DNA from: Bacteroidales bacterium
Lineage (GTDB): Bacteria > Bacteroidota > Bacteroidia > Bacteroidales > S143-33
Direction of reading: 5' to 3'
Assembly (NCBI GenBank): GCA_027031265.1
Contig: JALVRO010000101.1
Location: 1 to 43,281 of the forward strand
DNA length: 43,281 nt
Within the stretch, counting starts at the first letter, position 1, and each line of letters begins with the position of its first letter. The notes under the pieces are model-generated. The model worked only from the letters and a program-made list of their open reading frames with translations. It made no database searches and was not told the origin of the DNA. Shown piece after piece: positions 18,598 through 27,825 of the stretch. The translations under genes and the position numbers were made by a program.

Positions 18598-19572
18598 ATG
18601 GGAGAACTTGACATAATCAGAAAACCAGTAAAAAAAGAGCTTATTGAATTTGAAAAGTATTTTTCCTCTACTCTAAAAAGTGATCATTCTGTAATTAAGC
18701 ATATTACGAATCTTATCCTGCGAAAAAAGGGTAAGCAAATACGCCCGCTTCTGGTTTTATTGACTTCAAAGATGCTTGGTGAGGTAAACAAGCGTTCATA
18801 CGTGGGGGCATCTCTTGTAGAGCTATTACATACCGCCACATTAGTTCATGACGACGTGGTTGATAACTCAGATATGCGGCGTAGCTTTTTCTCTATAAAA
18901 GCTTTATGGCACTCAAAAATTGCAGTACTTTTTGGTGATTATCTTCTTGCTAAAGGCCTGTTAATCAGTGTAGAAACAAATAATTATGACTTACTCGAAA
19001 TTTCATCTAACGCCGTAAAACAAATGATAGAAGGAGAGCTTCAGCAGCTCAGGCGTAGTCGAAACTTTGGATACGAAGAGCAAGATTATTACCAGATCAT
19101 TGACAACAAAACTGCTGCTTTATTATCAGCTGCGTGTGCAATAGGAGCAAAATCTGTGACAGACAATGAGCAGACTATAGAGAAAATGAGAGAATTTGGG
19201 CGTTATATAGGGATAAGTTTTCAGATAAAGGATGATTTACTGGACCTTGAGAAAAATAGTAAAACCGGAAAAACTAAGGCAAACGACATTATAGAAAATA
19301 AATTTACACTGCCAATAATAATTGCTCTGAAAAACGCCGATAGGTCTGAGAGACGTGATATACTAAAACTTTTTCACAAAAAAAAGAAAACGTTAAGAGA
19401 TATTGAGAAAATTATTAAATTTATCAATGATAAAAATGGTATAAAAACTGCATATCAAATTTTAGAACAATACAAAGAAAAAAGCAAAAAAATATTGGAT
19501 TATTTTGATGATAATGAGGCTAAACAATCGCTTTTGAAACTTATAGACTTCATTACCAACAGAAACTTCTAA
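18598..19572 (+). CDS. Polyprenyl diphosphate synthase (IspB/octaprenyl-type)
   Basis: 324 aa. First Asp-rich motif LVHDDVVDNSDMRR and second Asp-rich motif FQIKDDLLD. Chain length is not assignable. Confidence 0.88.
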   Translation: MGELDIIRKPVKKELIEFEKYFSSTLKSDHSVIKHITNLILRKKGKQIRPLLVLLTSKMLGEVNKRSYVGASLVELLHTATLVHDDVVDNSDMRRSFFSIKALWHSKIAVLFGDYLLAKGLLISVETNNYDLLEISSNAVKQMIEGELQQLRRSRNFGYEEQDYYQIIDNKTAALLSAACAIGAKSVTDNEQTIEKMREFGRYIGISFQIKDDLLDLEKNSKTGKTKANDIIENKFTLPIIIALKNADRSERRDILKLFHKKKKTLRDIEKIIKFINDKNGIKTAYQILEQYKEKSKKILDYFDDNEAKQSLLKLIDFITNRNF

Positions 19573-19582
19573 AACAAAAACC

Positions 19583-22156
19583 ATGAAGCCATTTTCTAAA
19601 CTTTCGATAAGGGAAAAAATAACTATCAGCTTTGCAATTATAATTTTGCTAATCGGTATCCCTCTGATCTTTAATATCAATTCGCTGATATACCTTTATA
19701 AAATCTCGAACGAAAACCTTACTTTGTATAAGGCAAGGGTGGATCTTCTGCAGATTGAGCGGCTAAACGAACGAATGGTTATTTATGCAAAAAAGGTTTT
19801 GGAGTCTGAGACAAAGACTGAGCTTTTGAACAGTGATGAACAATTTGAACAAAGCTACAGGCAAAGTAAATTTTACCTGCGGGAATTACAGGCTCTTAAA
19901 TACACATCAAAGGAAATCTATAATATAAAGGATACGGCCAAATCCATAAGCGAACTTTTGTCAAACACGAAATTATACTACAACGTCATCAAACAAAATA
20001 AGCTCAAGCTTATAAAATCCAAACAAGAACACAAAACAATTCCATCATCCATTCTTGAGAAAAAACTCAAAAATATTAAAGTAAACTACGATGCGATTGA
20101 ACAGAACTCTCACAGAATATCAAAAAAGGTAAAAAATGTAAACAGAGAGCTGAGCAACATCATAAAAAAGAAAGAATCCTTGATTAAAAACAGACTCGAA
20201 AATGCAAAAAAACTTAGCCTTATCTGGTTCACAATTCTGGTTCTTGTTTCATTTGTTATTATTTTCCTAATATCCAGCGAAATAGGATCACAGTTAACAA
20301 ATATATCTTCTGTTATACGTCAGATTTCAACAGGCTTCTTGCCAGATTATAAAGTAGTAGACGCTGACAATGAAATAGGTTATATTTCACAGGCTATTAA
20401 AAACCTGATCTTTTCTCTCAAAGAAACAACTAATTTCACTTCACAACTTGCCAGTGGTAATTTTGACTCAGAAATAAGTCCTTTGAGTGACAAAGACGAA
20501 CTACGCAACCTACTTCTAGATTTGCGTGATAGTCTAAAACGTGCCAGGGAAGAACAGGAAAAAAGAGAAATAGAAGACCTGCAACGGCGTAAAATTAGCG
20601 AAGGGTTGGCTAAATTCGCAGATATCTTACGGGGCCACCAGAAAAACCTCAAAGAGCTTGCTGAAGATATAATTATCCAACTTGTCAGATACCTCGATTC
20701 TGTTCAAGGTGCTTTCTTTATCCTCAATGACAATGACCCCCAGCATCCTTATCTTGAATTGCTTGCTGCTTATGCCTGGAATAGAAAAAAATATTTCGAA
20801 AAAAGAATAAATATTGGCGAAGGACTAATTGGTGCTGTAGCTCTTGAAAAATTTACAATACATATTACAGACGTTCCCGAAGATTACATTGAAATTAAAT
20901 CTGGTATTGGAGAATCTGACCCACGGGCTATCCTGATAGTTCCTCTTACTGTCGAAGAAAATGTTCTGGGTGCAATTGAACTCGCTTCACTCAAAGAATT
21001 TAAAGATTACGAAATTGAACTTGTTGAAAAAATAGCTGAAAGTATTGCTGCTACACTTCAGAACATTAAGATTAATGAAAAAACCGAAGAGTTACTGAAG
21101 ATCACCCGTAAGCAAACAGAAGAAATGAAGCGCCAGGAAGAATTGATGAGAAAAAATATTGAGGAACTAAAGAAAATGATCAAAGAGAAAACACTGAGAG
21201 AGCAGGAGCTAAGAGAAAGAGTCAAAAGTCTTGAGAAAAATCTGACAACAGAAAAAGTAAAATCACAAAAAGTACAAGAAGAATTGAAAAAAATAAAAGA
21301 AGAATTAAATAAACTAGTTGTAGAAATTGAATTTTACAAACGTCTGATCAACCAATTTGAAAAACCTTTATTAATAATCGACAAAGATAACAAAATACAG
21401 TATGTTAACGAAGTCTTCAAAAAGGAATTTGGAGAAATAAATTCTGGCATAACACTTAATGAATTATTTGAGGAAAAATTAGAACACATACAAATACCTG
21501 AAGACATTAAAAATCTTAACGACAAAACAGCTCGCGCCAAACAAACAAGAAAATTATACAAAATTAGGTTGATATACATACCAACTCTTAGCGAACTCAA
21601 TTACATGGGTATCATACTAGAGCCTCTTGAGAAAGAAGAGACCTTATCTGAAAAAATGAAAGAAAAAATTCTCTCATATCAGATTAACTTATTCAAACTA
21701 CAGAGGTTAATACAAAAACATAATATTGAAGCTGATATTGAAAAAGCTCAAATAACAATAGAATGGGAAAAGAAATATGAGACAGGCATTGAAACAATAG
21801 ATAACCAGCACAAGAAATGGATTGAAATAATAAACAAACTTATTAAAGCTATTGAGGAAAAGAATGAAGAGGCGCTGCTTGGACAAATATTTAATGAGCT
21901 TATAGAATTCACAAGATTCCATTTTTCGTTCGAAGAAAAATATATGGACGAATATGGCTATGAAATGAGAGAAGACCACAAAATCCGTCACAATGAATTT
22001 ATAAGCAACTTACTCTCACTTTTCAATAGGTACATCAAAGGAGATGTTATTGCAGCATTGGAACTCCTGGATATTCTAACAAACTGGGTAATTAGACACG
22101 TTACAGAGACTGACAAAAAATACGTTGCGCTCTTTAAATCCAAAGGTCTTAAATAA
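19583..22156 (+). CDS. Membrane sensor: 4-helix-bundle ectodomain, HAMP, GAF, coiled coil, PAS-like, C-terminal hemerythrin domain
   Basis: 857 aa. TM1 lies near aa 14-34 and TM2 near aa 212-235, flanking a helical ~175-aa loop. HAMP spans about nt 20270-20430 (IGYISQAIKNLIFSL). GAF spans about nt 20654-21070 (GLIGAVALEKFTIHITDV...AILIVPLTVEENVLGAIELAS). A K/E-rich coiled coil follows, then a PAS-like segment (PLLIIDKDNKIQYVNEVFKKEFG). Hemerythrin spans 21752-22153 (IDNQH, FHFSFEE, DHKIRH, RHVTETD). I recognise no kinase, cyclase, phosphatase or MCP output domain. Confidence 0.75.
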   Translation: MKPFSKLSIREKITISFAIIILLIGIPLIFNINSLIYLYKISNENLTLYKARVDLLQIERLNERMVIYAKKVLESETKTELLNSDEQFEQSYRQSKFYLRELQALKYTSKEIYNIKDTAKSISELLSNTKLYYNVIKQNKLKLIKSKQEHKTIPSSILEKKLKNIKVNYDAIEQNSHRISKKVKNVNRELSNIIKKKESLIKNRLENAKKLSLIWFTILVLVSFVIIFLISSEIGSQLTNISSVIRQISTGFLPDYKVVDADNEIGYISQAIKNLIFSLKETTNFTSQLASGNFDSEISPLSDKDELRNLLLDLRDSLKRAREEQEKREIEDLQRRKISEGLAKFADILRGHQKNLKELAEDIIIQLVRYLDSVQGAFFILNDNDPQHPYLELLAAYAWNRKKYFEKRINIGEGLIGAVALEKFTIHITDVPEDYIEIKSGIGESDPRAILIVPLTVEENVLGAIELASLKEFKDYEIELVEKIAESIAATLQNIKINEKTEELLKITRKQTEEMKRQEELMRKNIEELKKMIKEKTLREQELRERVKSLEKNLTTEKVKSQKVQEELKKIKEELNKLVVEIEFYKRLINQFEKPLLIIDKDNKIQYVNEVFKKEFGEINSGITLNELFEEKLEHIQIPEDIKNLNDKTARAKQTRKLYKIRLIYIPTLSELNYMGIILEPLEKEETLSEKMKEKILSYQINLFKLQRLIQKHNIEADIEKAQITIEWEKKYETGIETIDNQHKKWIEIINKLIKAIEEKNEEALLGQIFNELIEFTRFHFSFEEKYMDEYGYEMREDHKIRHNEFISNLLSLFNRYIKGDVIAALELLDILTNWVIRHVTETDKKYVALFKSKGLK

Positions 22157-22449
22157 CTCTCAACTGAATAACAAGTCTTCCTTTATAACCAGGATGGTAC
22201 ATAATTTTATTATGTTCTTATATTTAATTTGCTAACAGTAAAGTGTCATCAGGACAAATCATTCAATTTCAAAAGGTTGAATTTATAATCCGTAAGCTCT
22301 CAAATTTTAGAGAACAGGTCAGCATAAAATCACATAATATCAATTTGTTGTCTACATTTTTAACGTAAACCTTATTGTATAGCCTTGGAACCGATAACTC
22401 ATTTATAATCAAACTGATAGCCCATAGCCTGCTAAACGCATATCAAAAC

Positions 22450-22480
22450 AAAGCCCGTGGACCAACGACCCACGGGCTTT
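22450..22480 (-). terminator. Rho-independent terminator of leuS
   Basis: Perfect 11-bp stem aaagcccgtgg (22450-22460) / ccacgggcttt (22470-22480) with a 9-nt loop. On the minus strand it is followed by gttttgata and lies 24 nt past the leuS stop. On the plus strand there is no U-tail. Confidence 0.8.
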
Positions 22481-22503
22481 GTAATAAAGCATTAGCATAG
22501 GGT

Positions 22504-25359
22504 TTATCTAACAACTAAATTAATCATACGTTTGGGCACAAAGACAAATTTCTTTATCTCCTTACCTGCGATATATTTGCCTGTCTTATCATGATTTAGT
22601 ACCAACTCCTTAACTTGGTCCTCTGAGTAATCCACAGGTACCTGTATAGTAAATCGTTTTTTGCCATTGAAGGCCACAGGATACTCTACTGTTTCTTCCT
22701 GCAAGTATCTCTCGTTTATTACTGGGAACTTGGCATAAGTGATTGATGGTTTATGACCTAACTTTACCCACAACTCTTCGGCTAGATGTGGCGCAAAAGG
22801 AGCAAATGCTATCAGTAACGGCTCAAGAATTTCACGCTTTTTTGTACCCATGGATTGCAACTGGTTCACAGCTGTACTAAAAGCACTTATCGCTGTATTG
22901 AAAGAAAGACGTTGGATATCATCAGAAACTTTCTTGAGTGTTTTGTGAAGGACTTTCAGCTCTTTTTCAGTAGGCTTGTCGTCAGTTACGACAAAATTAC
23001 CGTTATTATCATGGTACAGGGCCCAGAAACGTTTTACAAATTTGTGCATACCTTCAATACCCTGTGTATTCCATGGTTTTGACTGAGTGATTGGACCCAG
23101 GAACATTTCATAAAGGCGGAAGGTATCTGCACCATAACGCTCAATTATATCATCTGGATTAACAACGTTATACTTTGACTTTGACATCTTTTCTATTTCC
23201 CATCCACAAACATATCGTGCTTCTGGATCATCAATAGTACTATCTAGATACTCAACCTTACCATCTTTTTCCACGGCTTTTTCTAAAATAAATTTAACCT
23301 CTGAGACTTTTGATTTATCATCAATCATTCTGTAAACTTCACTTTCCATGAACTTTTCAATATCAAGTGTGTCATCATGAGGATTGACGATGTTCACATT
23401 CACATTTATTTTTATTGTGTCATATTTATCCTTGATATTCTTTGAAACGAATGTGTTGGTTCCTTTTATTCTGTAGACAAAATTTGAACGACCCTGTATC
23501 ATTCCCTGGTTAATAAGCTTTTTGAATGGTTCTTCCTCAATGACAACACCTATGTCTTTTAGGAACTTATTCCAGAAACGGGAGTAAATCAAATGGCCAA
23601 CAGCGTGCTCCACACCGCCGATATAAAAATCAACATCACGCCAATACCTATTTGCTTCTGGAGACACTAAAGCTTTATCATTATGTGGATCCATAAAACG
23701 GATATAATATGCAGAAGAGCCGGCAAAACCAGGCATTGTAGAAGTTTCCAGCTGATATCCTTCTTTGGTCCTCCAGGAGTCAAGTTTTGCAAGAGGTGGG
23801 CGACCATCTTTTGTGGGTCTAAAGTCATCCATGTCAGGAAGTTCCAGAGGTAACTCTTTCTCGTCAAGAGGATACGGGATACCATCTTTGTAATAGATAG
23901 GGAATGGCTCGCCCCAATATCTCTGTCTACTAAAAATAGCATCACGCATTCGATAGTTGATTTTCCGCTTGCCCAGGCCACGTTTTTCTATCTCGTCAAT
24001 AATTTTTGGAATAGCATCCTGCACATCCAGGCCATTAATAATACCTGAGTTTATCATTTTACCGTGCTTATCATCATAGCTTTCTGCTGTAATATCTGCG
24101 CCTTCGATAACCTGAATAATGGGTAAGCCAAACTTTCGTGCAAAAGCATAATCACGGCTATCATGCGCTGGTACTGCCATTATTGCACCAGTTCCATAAT
24201 GCTTGAGAACATATTCAGCTATCCAGATAGGGATTCGATGTCCTGTAAAAGGATTTATTGCATAAGCACCTGTGAAAACACCTGTTACATTTTTGACTTC
24301 TGCTATTCGTTCCCTTTCTGAACGACGTTTGACATAGTTTATATATTCTTCGACTTCCTGGCGGTGATCCTCAGTTACAAGTTCTGTGACCAACTCATGC
24401 TCTGGAGCAAGTACCATAAAGGTAGCACCGTATATTGTATCTGGCCGTGTAGTAAAGATTAATATTTTCTTATCTGTTCCGACTACCGGGAAATAAACAT
24501 CTGCCCCTTCTGAACGGCCTATCCAGTTACGCTGAATCTGCTTAACATTTTCTGGCCAATCTATCTCGTCAAGGCCTTTAAGAAGGCGCTCTACATAGGC
24601 TGTAGTACGAAGAAACCACTGGTCAAGCTCTACTTGATAAACAGGATATCCACCGCGGACTGACAAACCGTCCTTTACCTCATCATTAGCCAAAACAGTT
24701 CCAAGATCGGGACACCAATTAACCGTTGCTTTAGAGCGGTATGCAATACGATAATTCATTAGAATCTCCTGTCTTTTCTTCTCATCAAAGGTCTTCCATT
24801 GCTCTGCTGTAAATACAGGTGTATCAGGATTACACGAAGCGTCAACATTCAAATTGCCATTTTTTTCGAATTCAGCTATAAGAGTTTCAATAGGTTCAGC
24901 TTTCTGTTTTTTATTATTAAACCAATGTTTGTACATCTGAAGGAATGCCCATTGTGTCCATTTGTAATATTTAGGATCACTTGTGCGAAATTCACGGCTC
25001 CAATCATAAGAGAGTCCTATTAATTTCAACTGGCGGCGGTAATTATTTATATTTTTTTCTGTAGAAACAGCAGGATGTACACCGTGTTCGATAGCATATT
25101 GCTCAGCTGGCAAACCAAACGCATCATAGCCCATAGGGTGCAAGACATTGTAGCCTTTCAGGCGCATATATCGTGATAAAATATCTGATGCGATATATCC
25201 CAGAGGGTGTCCGACATGCAAGCCAGCTCCTGACGGGTAGGGAAACATATCTAGGATATAATACTTAGGTTTGGATGTGTCAATGTCTACTTTAAAAGTT
25301 TGATTTTCATCCCAGTATTGCTGCCATTTTTTTTCTATTTCTCTGTGTTTATAACTCAT
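22504..25359 (-). CDS. leuS: Leucine--tRNA ligase
   Basis: 951 aa. HIGH motif (HVGHPLGY), KMSKS motif (EKMSKSKYN), and a CP1 editing domain ([19 protein letters not shown]). Confidence 0.97.
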   Translation of the reverse strand: MSYKHREIEKKWQQYWDENQTFKVDIDTSKPKYYILDMFPYPSGAGLHVGHPLGYIASDILSRYMRLKGYNVLHPMGYDAFGLPAEQYAIEHGVHPAVSTEKNINNYRRQLKLIGLSYDWSREFRTSDPKYYKWTQWAFLQMYKHWFNNKKQKAEPIETLIAEFEKNGNLNVDASCNPDTPVFTAEQWKTFDEKKRQEILMNYRIAYRSKATVNWCPDLGTVLANDEVKDGLSVRGGYPVYQVELDQWFLRTTAYVERLLKGLDEIDWPENVKQIQRNWIGRSEGADVYFPVVGTDKKILIFTTRPDTIYGATFMVLAPEHELVTELVTEDHRQEVEEYINYVKRRSERERIAEVKNVTGVFTGAYAINPFTGHRIPIWIAEYVLKHYGTGAIMAVPAHDSRDYAFARKFGLPIIQVIEGADITAESYDDKHGKMINSGIINGLDVQDAIPKIIDEIEKRGLGKRKINYRMRDAIFSRQRYWGEPFPIYYKDGIPYPLDEKELPLELPDMDDFRPTKDGRPPLAKLDSWRTKEGYQLETSTMPGFAGSSAYYIRFMDPHNDKALVSPEANRYWRDVDFYIGGVEHAVGHLIYSRFWNKFLKDIGVVIEEEPFKKLINQGMIQGRSNFVYRIKGTNTFVSKNIKDKYDTIKINVNVNIVNPHDDTLDIEKFMESEVYRMIDDKSKVSEVKFILEKAVEKDGKVEYLDSTIDDPEARYVCGWEIEKMSKSKYNVVNPDDIIERYGADTFRLYEMFLGPITQSKPWNTQGIEGMHKFVKRFWALYHDNNGNFVVTDDKPTEKELKVLHKTLKKVSDDIQRLSFNTAISAFSTAVNQLQSMGTKKREILEPLLIAFAPFAPHLAEELWVKLGHKPSITYAKFPVINERYLQEETVEYPVAFNGKKRFTIQVPVDYSEDQVKELVLNHDKTGKYIAGKEIKKFVFVPKRMINLVVR

Positions 25360-25391
25360 ATCTATAAGGTTTTGGAATTTTTGCAGTTATG

Positions 25392-25399
25392 CAAAATTA
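25392..25399 (-). promoter_or_regulatory. Candidate -7 box (TAnnTTTG on the minus strand) for leuS
   Basis: The plus strand reads CAAAATTA, the reverse complement of TAATTTTG. It lies 32 nt upstream of the leuS ATG at 25359. Confidence 0.4.
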
Positions 25400-25425
25400 T
25401 TAAATTCAAAGTAAATAAAAACAAT

Positions 25426-25455
25426 TTTGTGAATATAAAAGTATTTGTATTTTTG
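25426..25455 (+). promoter_or_regulatory. Bacteroidota-type promoter (-33 TTTG, 18-nt spacer, -7 TATTTTTG) for the KAS III gene
   Basis: TTTG at 25426-25429 and an exact TAnnTTTG at 25448-25455, 27 nt upstream of the ATG at 25483. Confidence 0.6.
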
Positions 25456-25482
25456 TCGAGAAATTTCAAAAAATTATTTAAA

Positions 25483-26553
25483 ATGGAAACATACGCAAAG
25501 ATTATTGGTACAGGATCTTACATTCCTGAAGTAGTAGTCAAGAATGAAGATTTTCTTAACAACATATTTTTCGAAACCTATGGCAAAAGGCTTGAAAAGG
25601 ATAACGAAGAAGTCATAAAAAAACTCTATCAGATAACAGGTATAAAAGAGAGGAGGTATGCTCGAGAAGACCAGACCAACTCAATGATAGCCACCGAAGC
25701 TGCAAAAAGAGCTATAGAAGACTCTGGTATAGATCCAGAGACGCTAGATTATATCATATTTGCACACAACTATGGGGACGTAAAGTTTGGTGACCGCCAC
25801 TCTGACTTTGTGCCATCCTTAGCAACAAGGGTAAAACATGCACTTGGAATAAAAAATCCATGGTGTGTTGGTTACGATGTAGCATTTGGCTGCCCGGGAT
25901 GGGTAGAAGGAATGATCCAGGCAGGTTATTTCATTAAATCCGGTGATGCAAAAAAAATTCTTGTGATTGGTTCTGAAACCCTCTCCAGAATAAGCGATCC
26001 ACACGACCGTGATTCTATGATATTCGGTGACGGTGCCGGGGCAGTAGTTCTTGAGGCTGTCGAGAGCGAAGAACCCACCGGAATAATAGGACATCTGGCT
26101 AGAACAGATGCAGCAGAAGAAGCTTATTACTTATATAACGGCCATTCTTTTAATCCTGACTTTGAAGGGGATAACTTTTTTATAAAAATGCTGGGGCACA
26201 AGGTTTATGAGTATGCCTTGACTTACGTTCCTGATTTGATAAAAAGATTATTAGACAAGCTTAACCTGCATATTGATGATGTACAGAAGATTCTTATACA
26301 CCAGGCAAATGAGAAAATGGATATTGCAATAGGACAGCGTGTTTACAAACTTTATGGAAAAAAAATGCCAGAGAGTGCAATGCCAGTAACTATAACAAAT
26401 CTTGGAAATTCTTCTGTTGGCACGATTCCTACTATGCTAGACATGATAATGAAAGGAAAATTAGAAAATCATAGCATTAATCCAGGAGATATTGTTATCT
26501 TTGCATCAGTAGGCGCAGGAATGAATATTAATGCGCTAGTGTACAAATTTTAA
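25483..26553 (+). CDS. 3-oxoacyl-ACP synthase III family protein (FabH-like)
   Basis: The track ORF starts at 25300, but its first 61 codons overlap the leuS start and contain the promoter. I use the ATG at 25483 (METYAKIIGTGSYIPE), giving 356 aa. The Cys-His-Asn triad context is present: AFGCPGW, IHQANEKM, GNSSVGTIP. Confidence 0.88.
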   Translation: METYAKIIGTGSYIPEVVVKNEDFLNNIFFETYGKRLEKDNEEVIKKLYQITGIKERRYAREDQTNSMIATEAAKRAIEDSGIDPETLDYIIFAHNYGDVKFGDRHSDFVPSLATRVKHALGIKNPWCVGYDVAFGCPGWVEGMIQAGYFIKSGDAKKILVIGSETLSRISDPHDRDSMIFGDGAGAVVLEAVESEEPTGIIGHLARTDAAEEAYYLYNGHSFNPDFEGDNFFIKMLGHKVYEYALTYVPDLIKRLLDKLNLHIDDVQKILIHQANEKMDIAIGQRVYKLYGKKMPESAMPVTITNLGNSSVGTIPTMLDMIMKGKLENHSINPGDIVIFASVGAGMNINALVYKF

Positions 26554-26565
26554 ATTTTTGTTACA

Positions 26566-26784
26566 ATGGCTGAGCTAAGACCAGTTCTTGAAAAGAAAAA
26601 TGTTATAATTCTAGCTATTAGCGCACTCCTGGTGATTATAGGATTTATACTCATGACAGGAGGTGGTTCCAAAGATCCGAATGTATTCAGCACTGCAATT
26701 TTCAGCGCAAGACGTCTTATCATCGCTCCCTTGTTTGTGATAAGTGGCTTTGGTTTAGCTTTATATGGGATTATGAAAAAATAA
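26566..26784 (+). CDS. Small two-TM membrane protein, probably DUF3098
   Basis: 72 aa. The pattern KKNVIILAISALLVIIGFILMTGGGSKDPNVFSTAIFSARRLIIAPLFVISGF matches the DUF3098 pattern as I remember it. The antisense 79-aa track ORF (26550-26789) is rejected. Confidence 0.65.
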   Translation: MAELRPVLEKKNVIILAISALLVIIGFILMTGGGSKDPNVFSTAIFSARRLIIAPLFVISGFGLALYGIMKK

Positions 26785-26787
26785 GTC

Positions 26788-27825
26788 ATGAGTAGTAGAG
26801 CCAGGATATTACTCGTATATACTGGTGGTACGATTGGTATGTTTACAGACCCTGAAACGGGCAGTCTCCGTGCTTTTGACTTTAATCAAATAGAGCGTCT
26901 GATACCAGAGACCAGGCAGCTAAAAGTGGAGCTGGACACATATTCTTTCGAAAAGCCGATAGATTCATCAAACGCAAATCCAGAGTTCTGGAAAGAACTA
27001 ACAGATGTTATTGAGAAAAATTACCTGAGTTACGATGGTTTTGTGATTCTTCACGGCACAGACACAATGTCTTACACCGGGTCTGCACTAAGTTTTATGG
27101 TGAACAATCTTGACAAACCTATTATCCTCACAGGTGCCCAGCTTCCTCTGGGTACTATCAGAACAGACGGAAAAGAGAACATTATTACAGCGATAGAAAT
27201 AGCTTCGTGCAGAAGGAAAGATGGCAGACCCAGGGTTCCAGAAGTTGCCATTTATTTCGAAAACAAACTATTCCGTGCAAACAGGACTCATAAATACAAT
27301 GCAGAATACTTTGACGCATTCGAAAGTCCTAATTATCCACCTCTAGCAGAAGCTGGTATAAAGATTCATTTTAATGACAAGTTTATAATAAACCGTGAGA
27401 TCAGCGGTGTGACTACCTTCAACAAGAGTATTGACGAGAACATTATTATTCTTAAAATCTTCCCCGGTATTCAACAAAGCTACCTGGAAGCGATTCTCAA
27501 CATCAAAGGTCTCAAGGGTGTTGTCCTTGAGACCTTTGGCACTGGTAATGCCCCGACCGAAAAATGGTTTATCGATGAGCTTAAAAAGGCTATAGACAGA
27601 GGCATTATAATATACAACGTCACACAGTGTAATGCTGGAAAAGTAGAAATGGGACGGTACGAAACCAGCAGGCTTTTGAAAGAGATCGGAGTTGTAAGTG
27701 GATATGATATTACTACTGAAGCAGCTGTCACCAAGCTAATGTACCTTCTAGGCAAAGGGCTAAACCAGAAAGAGCTCGCCTACTTCCTCGAGCAAAATAT
27801 AGCCGGAGAACTTACCCGTGCTTAG
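26788..27825 (+). CDS. ansA: L-asparaginase, type I
   Basis: 345 aa. Catalytic motifs VYTGGTIGM and HGTDTMSYT. Confidence 0.9.
   Translation: MSSRARILLVYTGGTIGMFTDPETGSLRAFDFNQIERLIPETRQLKVELDTYSFEKPIDSSNANPEFWKELTDVIEKNYLSYDGFVILHGTDTMSYTGSALSFMVNNLDKPIILTGAQLPLGTIRTDGKENIITAIEIASCRRKDGRPRVPEVAIYFENKLFRANRTHKYNAEYFDAFESPNYPPLAEAGIKIHFNDKFIINREISGVTTFNKSIDENIIILKIFPGIQQSYLEAILNIKGLKGVVLETFGTGNAPTEKWFIDELKKAIDRGIIIYNVTQCNAGKVEMGRYETSRLLKEIGVVSGYDITTEAAVTKLMYLLGKGLNQKELAYFLEQNIAGELTRA

Noticed and set aside
22194-22235. 13-codon hydrophobic mini-ORF (MVHNFIMFLYLIC) in the orphan intergenic region
   Set aside because: There is no promoter box and no supporting context. An ORF this short is expected by chance. 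It is kept only as a note under the intergenic finding.
22281-22410. 10-mer atttataatc occurring twice, exactly 120 nt apart (22281 and 22401), in the orphan intergenic region
   Set aside because: A single 10-nt AT-rich match within ~350 nt of AT-rich DNA is roughly what chance would give. The flanks show no extended similarity.
25300-25482. 61-codon N-terminal extension of the KAS III ORF, overlapping the leuS start
   Set aside because: The extension is hydrophobic junk ([13 protein letters not shown]). It overlaps leuS and contains the -33/-7 promoter. The canonical KAS III N-terminus begins at METYAKIIGTGSY (25483).
27822-27825. ansA and pncB converge and overlap by 4 nt with no terminator between them
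   Set aside because: This is a common consequence of compact genomes. There is no evidence of regulatory significance from the sequence alone.
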